Source: Ginkgo biloba
Taxonomy: Eukaryota > Plantae > Ginkgophyta
NCBI GenBank assembly: GCA_024626585.2
Contig: JANKJI020000004.1
Coordinates: forward strand, 30,914,817 to 30,936,738
Direction of reading: 5' to 3'
DNA: 21,922 nucleotides
Shown: piece by piece, positions 10,536 to 21,193 of the stretch
Layout: each line of letters begins with the position of its first letter
Numbering within the stretch: position 1 is the first letter of the stretch
The notes under the pieces: generated by a model
Databases searched by the model: none
What the model was told of the DNA's origin: nothing
Seen by the model: the letters and a program-made list of their open reading frames with translations, nothing else
Program-made: the position numbers and the translations under genes

Positions 10536-11561
10536 ATGAAATTCCCATCGGACCTAAAATCTTCTTATATTATATTTAATTAGGCATCAGGGTACCAGGA
10601 CCTGGAAGGTTAATTCTTAAAACTATGAAAAATGGGCTATAAAACCCCATGGACTCGACAGTGTTTTAAGGAAAACTTTATCAGGAGTCAGGATCAAAGA
10701 GGTTGACGCCAAAAAATATGGAGATTTTATAAATTTACGGACCCGATATTTTAATAAATAGGGTTAAATCCTGAGAAAAATATTAAGGATTAGTATATTT
10801 ATTTGTATATGTGGTTCTATTATATACAACTCACGGACCTGATGTATTATTAAGTCCAATATAATTAGTGATCAAGGGATTAGGATTCTTAATGTGGGTT
10901 ATGCCTATTAGTGGCCGACGAAGCAAACTCATAGAGGTAATTGGAGATATTTTTAAAGCAAATTTAATGTGGTTGGCATGCTCCATTAAATTTTGATGGT
11001 GGAGCTCTAATGAAGGCATGAAGAGGTAATTAATAAGGATGATGGATCCATTAATTTGACACCTACCTAAAAGAGGGAGAAGATGTACATGAAATTGGGC
11101 ATGAAAGACCACAGAGAGCCATAACTAACCGTTGTAAAGAATTTATGATGGTAGCCATTAAGGTAATGAATTTGTAGCGAATAGAACCATTAGAGCCATA
11201 TTTGAATGTTGCATCTAGTCGTTGTTAGCCATGGAAGCTCTAGTATAAAGAGCCTATGAGGAGATAAAGAAAGGGTTACAAGAGTTACAATGTGAGACAG
11301 TAAGAAAGGTTTGGCTGGTTGGTTGATCTAGTTGATCGACTAAGGAGAGGGTTGGTTGGCTCATTTGTTGGGTGTTGAAGAGTGAAAGGATTTAAAAGGG
11401 AGTCTAAGAGCAAAAGAGACTAAGGCAATGATTTTAGAAGAAAGCATTATGAGTACTAGGGAGCTAGGGAATGTAGAAGTTAGAACTGAGGTCCTATACT
11501 TCTGGTAACGTTGGGTACCATATGAGTTGAGAATGCATTGTATTAACCTCCATTAGTGAGG
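10536..11561 (+). mobile_element. Non-coding LTR U3/R-like contig
   Basis: TATAAAG at 11244 followed by a purine-rich R-like region. No coding signal, and both ends are in gaps. Confidence 0.3.
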
Positions 11562-11661
11562 NNNNNNNNNNNNNNNNNNNNNNNNNNNNNNNNNNNNNNN
11601 NNNNNNNNNNNNNNNNNNNNNNNNNNNNNNNNNNNNNNNNNNNNNNNNNNNNNNNNNNNNN

Positions 11662-12080
11662 ACTACATATATATTAGTATGAGCATCACTATTAGTGGAA
11701 AGTTGTACATGATGATCCTTCACAAGATCCAATTACAAAGGATAATTTTATGAGTATCATCCTTTCTAAGAATCTAGTAGCACATGAAGCATTGTTTATG
11801 TTTTGTTTCATTTTATCTCCTTCATTATAGCATGTTATTCCTTGAAAATTATGCTTTGCATCATACCTAGTAACAGATTGAATGTAATCAATAAGTATCA
11901 TCTTAAAAAATTAATGATAATAAATCCCACTATAGATGACACATACACCATGGAAAAAACATTTGAGTTAAAAACTATAATTAAAAAATATACTAGATAT
12001 AGTGATGCAAGAGCATCCTCATCCTTTTGGAAGATTAATGATTTGACATCATTTTAGTGTGTACGTTGACCAACCTTACA
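11662..12080 (+). mobile_element. Possible 3' end of a nested or solo LTR
   Basis: AT-rich block ending ...GTTGACCAACCTTACA (12080), with an abrupt switch to purine-rich sequence and no PBS after it. Confidence 0.25.
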
Positions 12081-12494
12081 AAGAAAGCGAACAGTTGGGC
12101 CAAAGAAGGGGTGGCGAATAGGGAGAGTATAAGGAGAGATCAAATGATAATTAAGTAAAGTGGAGGGAAAGGGTTTATGTCCAGGAGAAAGTAAAGGAGT
12201 TCAAGATTCTAAGTTTAGAAAAATACCAAGGAGGATATATTAAGAAATATGTCATAGAAAAACTCTAAGGAGGATAGCTCAAGAAATGTGTTATATTCAT
12301 GTAGACCCAATCCAAGAGTGAAGAATGGTTGAATGGAGGCATCACATCTGAGCTTTAATATTGGGTATCAATATTCAAGGAAATGCCAAGAGAGGAGATG
12401 TGATGTGAGGGTGCAAAATCAAAGGGAATGTATAATGTAGTTGAGTGAAGGATCCACCGATTCTTTAGGAATAGGGGCTTAGATAATTAATATG

Positions 12495-12635
12495 GAAAAA
12501 TCTTAGATGCACTTTTAGTGAAAAGACCAAGTGGAATAGACCCATAGAAGAAGTAAGCTCCAATTAAGGGGAAGAAAAAATCCCACATTCAAAGACTTGG
12601 GTTGGAGGATTAGATGGAGTTTGAAGTATGGGTAT
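12495..12635 (+). pseudogene. Chromodomain-like end of a gypsy pol plus degenerate PPT region
   Basis: KILD..LLVK, KWNRPIEEVS (12529) and LED*MEFE (12602) resemble chromovirus KILD..LVKW.G.P.EEASW..LEDK..FEG. They are followed by TTTAACCC (decayed TGTAACCC) at 12636. Confidence 0.5.
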
Positions 12636-13643
12636 TTTAACCCTGAAGGTGAGAAGGGTATAACTTGAGTGAGTGGAGATCCTTAAAAGTTAGAAATGCT
12701 AACAAGTGTGATATCAAAGTAGGGTATAAGCATGAATGATCTTGATACAATTTTAAGTGATGGAACACTCATCTAATATTAAAGAGGAAGCAATGTCCTC
12801 ACCATACCATATTTAGGAAGGAGATTTAAATGTATATCTCTAAAAGGATCTACGAGGAAGATTAAATACCATACTAGGCCATAAAGAAATTAATGGGGAG
12901 AAGTAAAGTAGCTTACCAACTAGAATGATTAAGGGGAGAGTTTTAGAACCCAATAATTGAACAAGAGATGAAGGATTTCCATTGGGATAAGTGGGAGAAG
13001 GAGTGTCAAAGGACATGAGGAGTGGAGGCAAAGGACATAGAGAGGAGAAGNNNNNNNNNNNNNNNNNNNNNNNNNNNNNNNNNNNNNNNNNNNNNNNNNN
13101 NNNNNNNNNNNNNNNNNNNNNNNNCAAAGAAGTGGTAGAGAGTTGAACATTGAGGTAGCCATATAGATGAAGTGATGACAGCTACGGATAATAATGTAAA
13201 TCATTGATCCTGAGGCATCATAAAAGAGGAGAAGGACAAGGATTAAAATAAATAACAAGGGGACCCAAGAAGGAAGAAGAATACATTGGTGCATAAGGGT
13301 AACATGAACTTGCAGGACTTAAGTGAGTGAGCCAAGTATGATTATAATTCCTCCATGAAGGAGAAAAGTGGCATAAAATTATAAGAAAACCCCTATAAGG
13401 GATGATTATATATAATATGAGAATAGGCTAGTGGTCCATATGTAATCAAGAAGCTTGTAATGATAATATAAGGTTTGGATTTAAAGTAAATGAGTTAATG
13501 TCTCCCTCATGTGCATGTAAATATGTTTTAAATGTTATTTTGACTCATATGGGTTAATATTTGTTGATTCATGAGAAAATAGCCTAAGGGACTAGTGCAT
13601 ATGTCCCATACTAGGTATGTTAGGAGCAGGAAATATGGCATCA
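12636..13643 (+). mobile_element. LTR copy B (about 1 kb), ending ...GGCATCA before the PBS
   Basis: Ends in CA, then 2 nt, then TGGTATTAGAG. Colinear similarity with 16.5-17.4 kb: AGTGGTAGAG, GAGGCATCATAAAAGAGGA/GAGGAAGCATAAAGGAGGA, AAGGATTAAA, AAACCCCTATAAGGGATGA/AAACCCCTACAGGGATGA. The 5' boundary is approximate. Confidence 0.6.
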
Positions 13644-13645
13644 GT

Positions 13646-13735
13646 TGGTATTAGAGAATCCTAATATCGATCGCTTACATCATATGATATTAGAGTGTCT
13701 TCTACTAGTGATATGTGTTATTTGGTATCAAAGCC
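13646..13735 (+). promoter_or_regulatory. Three tandem primer-binding-site-like motifs (tRNA-iMet type, TGGTATCAGAGC)
   Basis: TGGTATTAGAG (13646), TGATATTAGAG (13685) and TGGTATCAAAGCC (13723). Over the 11-nt core TGGTATCAGAG, every deviation is C>T or G>A. Each is preceded by CA/TA plus 2 nt, and spacing is 39 and 38 bp. Confidence 0.75.
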
Positions 13736-14129
13736 ATAAAAAATAGTTATTGTTGGAAAGAGTAGATCTAAGGATTGGCTAAGAAAGTATCAAATCCTTG
13801 GATCTCATTAAAATATCAATGTGAGTGCAACTTGTAGTGAGGAGAAGAGAACTACATGAAGAGTCATAAAGNNNNNNNNNNNNNNNNNNNNNNNNNNNNN
13901 NNNNNNNNNNNNNNNNNNNNNNNNNNNNNNNNNNNNNNNNNNNNNNNNNNNNNGGTGATATTAGAGATAAGGGACTCATGGAAGGAGTCACTACAGTCAA
14001 AGAAAAGATCCAAGGAGTGCCTGAATTAAGGTGTCAGTAAAGAGAGAACTATAAGAAGATCCTAGTCATGGAGAGAGATGGTAGGAAAGGTAAAGATGGC
14101 ACTAAGAGTGGTCAGAGGCAATTTGGTGC

Positions 14130-15085
14130 CAACTAATAGAGAAATCAAATCCTTGAGGAGGAAAATAGGGGAGTTGGAGAATGAGAGCTAGAGGAGGAGA
14201 CCCAAAGTCAGAGTTGGATTTGAAAGAAGAAGAAGAGAAGGATGAGAAAAGGCCAGGCGATGTGGTATAGTTATTGGTCATATTATTAATTCTATGCGTG
14301 TAAAAAATTATGTCAATTAAGGAGGCATACCAACTAGTGCTAAAGGTGAAAGAGAGATTAGCAAGACATGCACATGGAAGAACGCCTTTGAGAAGAGACA
14401 TGATGAACTTGTGAGGAAGTCTAAGTGGAGCATCAAGTAGTAGAGGAGAAATTATTGCTTATGATGAGAGGAAAGATACCTTTTAATAAGAAAGAATAAG
14501 AGGTAGGAGATACCAAAACATCTAGAGAGGAAGAGGGCAGAGTAGATAGTAATGGACTATCTTTTGATTTAGGTGCAAAGAGGAAGGACACATGGATTTT
14601 GAGTGTCCCACAAGGAAGGAAAAGGTATGACCAAATGGAGGAGAGAATATAATAATTTTGGTTCAGGTATAAGAAGAGAGTGTGGTCCTAGAAATTGAGT
14701 AGAGTATGGAGATAGTTCTAGAAGAGGAAGTAGGGAGTTTGCTTGTAAGAAGAGCATTATTGGCACTCAAGACAGGGAAAATAGATAAAAAAAACCCCAA
14801 GGAGTGGTCAACAGATGACCTATGAGAATGTATGAGTATTTTATATGGATATAAATATATTTCTAAGAGGAGTGAAGTAGATTGGCCAAAGTTGAAGAAT
14901 GGAGTGAGGAGAAGGCATGTGTAGCTAGGAGAGTAGGAATGTAGAGCCATAGGGGTATGTTTTGATAAATAACATGTATCTAGGAAACTTTCCTATATGA
15001 TTGATGAGCATCATGCATGGTTACCTAGGTGTCTTAATGGATGGATGTTATCCCATATGTATTACTGAAAGAGGAAGGCCAATGA
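14130..15085 (+). pseudogene. gag: Degenerate CRM-like gag with CCHC zinc knuckle and a protease-region trace
   Basis: EIKSLRRKIGELENE, an acidic tract, MSIKEAYQLVLKVKERLAR (about 14310), knuckle *FRCKEEGHMDFECP (14565-14609, first Cys now TGA), EEEVGSLLVRRALLA (14721), and VLMDGC..GRP (about 15030-15080, compare VVPMDVCHILLGRPW). Confidence 0.8.
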
Positions 15086-16489
15086 AGATCACTTACAGGT
15101 GTAGCAAGAAAAAGGGGACTAAGAGCATAGCCATGAAGAAAAGAGGGAAAAGTGAGAAGAATCCATGTGAGGATCCAAAAGAGAGTATCATGTGAGGTGT
15201 GAATGATATTTGGCATAATATCCCATGTAAGGGTGATGAGGATGAAGGTCTATGTGAGGAATCATATGAGATCTTATAAGGACGCAAAAGTGCCATGGAA
15301 AATCATGCAAGTGAGAACAAAGAAACTGGTAGTGACTTGGGTGAGGGGGAAGAACCCAAAAATATGGCATAAATTGTATAAGAGTCAATAAGGAATGTTT
15401 TGGTGATCAAGGGGAGAGAATTATAGTCCACCAAGGAGTTATCGAAGGATCCCATATAAGGTTAGACTAAAGAGAAAGAGGAGGCACTAGTAGAGAAGCC
15501 ATGTGAATATGTGGAACAAGATAAAGATCTAGGTGAAGAGAAGTATGAGGTCTCAAGTAATGGATAAAGAGGATAAGAAGTGTTATTTTGGTCCTAACAA
15601 CACCTAAAATCTATGGTTGATGGAATGAAAGTCAAGATGGAGGTTGACGTAAGTAAATCCACTATATTGTAAGAGTTAGGTTCACATAAGGTGAGTGACA
15701 TCAGTGAGTGTGAGGTGACATCAGTGAGGGCAGAGAATGAGATAGTGTCATATGATGGCATTGGATAAAATAGAGTTTTAGAGAGTGAGTCAAAATATGT
15801 TGATGACAAAGGCATTAAGAATGATAAGGAGAGCAATGGTGAGGTGTTAGAAGAAGGATCGATATGAGGTTAGATAAAAAGATAGAATGCTCATGAAGAT
15901 GGAAGTAAATATGCTAGAGGATAAGAACATGGGTATTATGGTAGAATAGGAGAAGATTCATTGGGTAAATGACATTTTAAAACTAGCATAGGTGGTGAGT
16001 GAATCCACTATTGAAGAATGTGAGGACGATTGCAATGGAGAAGAGTTGCATGGAGCTGAGAACAAAGGTGTGAGTGAAACCCCTAATGATAAGCGAAGGA
16101 GGCATTGTATAGGTATGGTGGATAATATTGATATGGAGGAGTAATAAGTACATGCAGAGAAGAGTGAAGTTGATAATATAGACACACTAATAGAGAACTA
16201 GGAGTAGGTTCTTAGAAGGGTGGAATAGAGGCTAATAAGGAATAGTTAAAAATATCAAGCAAAGAGGAGAAAGATTGCCGCTAGGTAAAAACACCATACT
16301 TGAAGAATAATTAATGGATTTGGATGAACCAAATCCATGAGGATTGGCCAAAGGGAATGAGAAGGAGACCATTTAAAAATGTTACAAGAAGGGGAGGATG
16401 AGGCATGGGATACCCCAATATTTTGGTAGAACCAACATAGCAGTAGTGTGTTAGAGGGCCAACAAGTCATTTTGAAGGAGCATTCTAAA

Positions 16490-17384
16490 GAGTGACAAGA
16501 AAAAGAGAACTAATGTTTGATAATAGATGACTAACATTGATAGTATAAGGACCATTGATGATAGTCAGGAGGTGGAATAAATGAGACACCCTGAGCCAAA
16601 GTCAAGNNNNNNNNNNNNNNNAATGATCAAAGAGGAAGGTTATCAATAGGAAAAAAAGGTAAATAATGCCAGGATGAGAGAAGTTATAGGAATTAATGAT
16701 AGAGGAGGATAAGGAGAATGGACAAGAGGAGGTTTATAGTGAATGTGGAGAATTTTCAATGAGTAATAATAATATAGAACAAGTATGGAGTTGATGGGAT
16801 GGAGGTAATAGAAAAGGACAAGTGAAATCCACGAAGGGCATGAAGGTATAGATATATCTAGTTAGAGGAATCAATAGTGGAACTATATAACTATAGATAT
16901 AGTCAAGCGAAGGTAAAAAAATGGGTAGATAATCCTGAGGATTGGGGGAGTAGAGAAGAGAGATCTAAAGGTTGAGAAAATAAGTGGTAGAGCATTGGCC
17001 ATTGAGGAATTTATAGAGAAGGAAGAAGATAAGAGGGAGTAAATTCATCAACAAAGAGGAAGCATAAAGGAGGATGAATATAAAGGATTAAATAAGAGAA
17101 TGAGTGGACCAATATAAGGGGAGAGAAGAAGAAGGATAAATGGGCAAGGATATCCATGTAATAAACCCAAATAGAAAGGAGAGTGAAGGCTGAGAGAGTT
17201 CATGTGGAGGCAAAGGTGTCACTAAGAAATGCGTTGAAGCTAAGGAAGTTATGGATATTACAGATAATCATAGAAGAGTTATCGATAAATTCATCAAGGG
17301 AGGAAGTCATATTATTTTTTTTTAGGCATCTTGAGGAGGGAGCCTTTGTAATGTAACTAAACCCCTACAGGGATGAATGCATGT
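16490..17384 (+). mobile_element. LTR copy C (3' LTR), truncated by a gap
   Basis: Colinear blocks shared with copy B (13131-13405 vs 16983-17377) and with copy A (AAAAAATGGAGTATGATA vs AAAAAATGGGTAGATA; GGACCATTG at both). The start is approximate. Confidence 0.55.
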
Positions 17385-17484
17385 NNNNNNNNNNNNNNNN
17401 NNNNNNNNNNNNNNNNNNNNNNNNNNNNNNNNNNNNNNNNNNNNNNNNNNNNNNNNNNNNNNNNNNNNNNNNNNNNNNNNNNNN

Positions 17485-19273
17485 ATGCAATGAAGTAAAA
17501 ATAAAAACTATTTAGACAATGGTAATGGTTTTTAAGCGACAGTAAATTATTAGAGTTCAGACACAGATACAAAAAAATTAAAGATTTTTTTCAAACAATT
17601 CCTGAATATTTTGAAAGAGAAGGTTATGAAGTGATTAAATGCTTTAGAGAAGTCTTGAAATTGCCAAAGTATTTGAGTGTTAATGTAGTCTATAGAGAGG
17701 TAGTTAGAGAAATATATTCATGCATGGAATACTTTATTAAACATAGAAATAAATTCCCTCATGATCTAGCTCTAAAACTCAGACCTATGCAAATTCATGG
17801 ATCAATTATAACACATTATGGCACAAGAAAGAATGAATTCATGAAAAAAGATGTTGAGTGGTTAAAAGATAAGTAATATGATCTTAATGAGAAATGATTG
17901 AATTAGTATAAATTATATCAACATTTGAGCATGTATAAGACCTATGATCTGGAAGCGGGGGGGAAGTTAAAAACACAAAAAGGGAAAAAAATCCTAAATT
18001 TTAAGAAAAGAACTAGAAGGACACATACATCTATAATAGGTGACACTCCTAGAATTGAGAGTAATAAAAAATAAAACCTAAATAAATTTGAGTGAAGAAA
18101 AAATATATAATGATGATTGGAAAAGATAATTAAATCCAAAAGAAAGAAAAAGAAGCATGAGCATGCATACATAGCGATCCTAAAGGACATAGATAAGGAA
18201 GAAAAAGAAGATAAAGATGATGATGAGAAAGTCACCATTGGTGATTGGATGTACAAAAAGCACTCAAACTAACAAAAAATGAACAACATCCTAGAGAACA
18301 ACCACCAAAGGAAAAATAACTAAAAGTTAAGGAAACCAATCAATANNNNNNNNNNGAGAAGGCAATGGTGATGCCCAAAGAGGAATATGGGGATGAAGAT
18401 CCCTCTAAAAAGATAAGGAAATTATATAATCCACATGAGGTGGATAAACTGAATGCATAAGTAAATACACAAGACAAAGTAGAAACCATTAATGTTCAGG
18501 ATTCATAAAAAGATGGAGGTAAGAACGATGACCAAAATGTACAAAATATACAAGAAGAAGGAGGGGTTATTAATGCAACTCCAACACCAAAAATTCAAAA
18601 AGCTCTATAAACATAAGAAGACGCGACCATAGCTAATCTAATGGTTTTTAAACCAATCAATTAGATGGCCATGGTAAGCATACATAAAGAAGTTATCAAA
18701 AATTCAAATTGATTATTCGAAGGGTGAAAGTGCATTGGAAAGAAAAAGAAGGATTTACGATTTTAGTATTTAAATGTGTGGACAATATAGGTGGAAGTAA
18801 AGAATATATCATATGAGAGTGTGAAGTAATTGAATACTAATGTCTAAAATTGTAAATGAAAAGTCAAATATATAATAGAGACAAGACAAAATTGTAAAAA
18901 GAAATTCAAATGAATTGTATAAAAAAATTATTGATATTATTTAGAGAGAGTCATCAAAATAAAAGACATAAAATAAGCTTAGATAAGAGAGGCTATTGAA
19001 GAAGAGGAGATAATAGGCATGCTAGCTAGTGTCATTAGCATTAAAAAAATAAAGAAAATTCAAACTAAGCTATAAGAGGAGGAATTTGAGAAATTAGTTA
19101 AATAATTATATGCTAAAGTTGTGGAGCTTAGAGCAGATTCTTAATTTATCATTAGAGAGTTAAATGTGTAAATGACAAAATTTGTGAACTCAATAAGCAA
19201 AATTTAGAAGTTGGATGAGACTAATGCAAGAATGGTTGGAGAAAGGAAGAATTCAAAGTGAAAATAAATTAAA
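17485..19273 (+). pseudogene. Long decayed ORF, probably a retrotransposon accessory ORF (globular part, K/E-rich linker, coiled coil)
   Basis: Coding-like frame DFFQTIPEYFEREGYEVIKCFREVLKLPKYLSVNVVYREVVREI.. (ORF 17631..17876), then KRKKKK and KEEKEDKDDDEK tracts and an EEEEIIGMLASV..EEEFEKLVK*LYAKVVEL coiled-coil-like tail, with many stops. The family was not identified. Confidence 0.45.
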
Positions 19274-19373
19274 NNNNNNNNNNNNNNNNNNNNNNNNNNN
19301 NNNNNNNNNNNNNNNNNNNNNNNNNNNNNNNNNNNNNNNNNNNNNNNNNNNNNNNNNNNNNNNNNNNNNNNNN

Positions 19374-19780
19374 AACTCTCTCATAATTAGACCATCATTC
19401 TCTCTTCTTGACACCTTCTACAACTCCTATAGATTCAAAAACATGGCAAAATGTTAGTAAAATGCTCAAAGATTCTTCAGAAATTAGAAAAAATCACTAA
19501 ATCAACCAAAACATTAAATTGAACGTGATTTTTCTAAATTATCGTTGAATTTTATGTCATTTAGCATTTTCCACTTAAGGGTATGCTTTCGTATAGCATA
19601 ACAATGCACTAACATGCACTAATTAGCAGCGCACAACAATCGTGATCGCCAATTAATTACATCCCATTTTTTTACTTAGTCTCTCCTAATCCTCTTAATT
19701 GTTTCAACTACACTCCCCATTGTTTGAAGACTCTCCTCCTAAGATTCATTTTATTAAACTAAGAAAAGATAACACTGACA
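19374..19780 (-). mobile_element. LTR-like fragment starting TGTCAGTGTT on the minus strand
   Basis: The + strand ends ...AACACTGACA at 19780, with a compositional switch afterwards. It retains several CpG. Confidence 0.25.
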
Positions 19781-20340
19781 AATGCGTTGATGGTTGTCCT
19801 AGTAAAGCTAATGAGTAGGATGTTATTTAATCAAAGATTAATTTGAATTAGAGAAGAATGAAGAGAATTCAAACAAAACATACTAAGTATAATCATATAC
19901 TTTATAGAGCTCAAAATTTAGAACCAACCATGAACAAGACTACAGAAAATTTGATAACTTAGTGCCCACACTATAGTAGATGGTAACTAGTGAATAAAAA
20001 ATAGAACAAAAAGTGGAAGATGAGTAATCTAGTTTAATCACATAACTAAAAGTTATTGATCCAATCAGAATGGATCATGTAACAAATTGGATTTTAGCTC
20101 CCTGTAAGGGCAAAAAATATTTGGATGATATACTTGAGGAATTTAAGGAAGCCAAGTAATATTAGATAAAATTACAAAGCATATTTAATTCACATAGTAT
20201 TATATGGAGTTGCATGAGAAGTATTAACATGAAAAGAAGAAACCAAAGAAAATTAAGGTTACAATTTCTACACCTATGTAGGCAAAATCACCTAGTGTAC
20301 ATCGACCCAACAACATCAATAGAAAAAAAAATTCCAAAGA
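19781..20340 (+). pseudogene. Decayed charged or coiled-coil ORF fragment
   Basis: LKVIDPIRMDHVTNWILAPCKGKKYLDDILEEFKEAK*.. reads as coding-like and resembles the composition of 18.7-19.27 kb. No domain was recognised. Confidence 0.3.
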
Positions 20341-21166
20341 TGTAATAAAAGTTTAAGTGTCAAATGAATGCAATGTAATGTATAATTGGAAAGGTTTGGG
20401 AATAAATATTACAAAGACAATGAATATTCAAAAAGGAATATTCATTAAAATCTTTATAATATTTTGAATTTATGATTTTAAGTAGGAATTTGCTATAATT
20501 TATACCATGAATAGGTGTGTGTATTTTAGAAAAGCACATGTGAGAGTGTAGTATAGAGTATTATTGTGAATTGTGTTGTAGGAAATTAATCTTGATTAGA
20601 AGTTTGCAAACAATGACATAATCTTATATTGTGTAAATGCTTTGGATCAATAAGAATTGAAAAAACTTCAAATTATTGTATTAGTTCACATATTCATGTT
20701 TATGCATTGAATAACAAGAATTCCATGATATAAAAAATTTAAATTAGTTGAGAATTGGTCACAAATAAGTGTGGATGTATTGAAGTTATTAAATTATTTA
20801 TTACAATTTAAAAATAGTGCGTATAACACTCATCCATACTTCTAAAAAATGTAATACATATAAAATAACTAACTAAAACTTAATTAATAGGCATAATTAA
20901 TTTTTTATTTACTATGGTTATGTAACAAAATTATTTGATGTTTGTAGTTGGGTTTACATGCGTAATGCTACAATGTTATAATTTTGTGTTATATGAAAGG
21001 TCAGTCTTGTTTTTTTGAAGAGCCTGCCTAACACTTATATAAATCCTTTATGTATTTTTTATATAATAAAAAATATAAAAAGAACCTTAAAATTAATTAT
21101 TACACTAAATAGTCTATATAGTGGTTTAATAATATTTTTTATTTATTAATTTATATTTAGCAACAT

Positions 21167-21193
21167 CCCGTATAAACCTTTATAGGGTATATC
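21167..21193 (+). mobile_element. Possible Helitron-like 3' hairpin
   Basis: CCCGTATAAA-CC-TTTATAGGG hairpin followed by TATATC, after a very AT-rich tract. The canonical terminal CTAG is absent (CT then GTAATG). Confidence 0.25.

Larger units (their letters stand above)
12636..17384 (+). mobile_element. Non-autonomous gypsy/chromovirus-type LTR element: LTR, PBS, gag, acidic region, pol-tail, LTR
   Basis: The parts listed above occur in order within one scaffold that has only sized gaps. No RT, RNase H or integrase motif was recognised between 15.1 and 16.4 kb. The pol-tail-like EDEAWDTP..VLEGQQVILKE lies at about 16394-16480. Confidence 0.6.

Noticed and set aside
5816-11561. Possible inverted homology between the LTR-like contigs at 5.8-7.0 kb and 10.5-11.6 kb
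   Set aside because: Only one short, weak match (CCATCACTAACC vs CCATAACTAACC), which cannot be supported by eye.
15695-15728. Exact 14-bp direct repeat GTGACATCAGTGAG at 20-bp spacing
   Set aside because: It is real, but an ordinary slippage duplication with no further structure.
17331-17353. TTGAGGAGGGAG plus TGTAATG as PPT and start of the 3' LTR
   Set aside because: Similarity to LTR copy B extends on both sides of this point (16983-17377), so it lies inside the LTR.
7458-18256. Many minus-strand Leu/Ser/Phe/Pro-rich ORFs of 60-138 aa that look hydrophobic
   Set aside because: They are antisense shadows of a purine-rich + strand, which has few stops on the complement. No domain signal was found.
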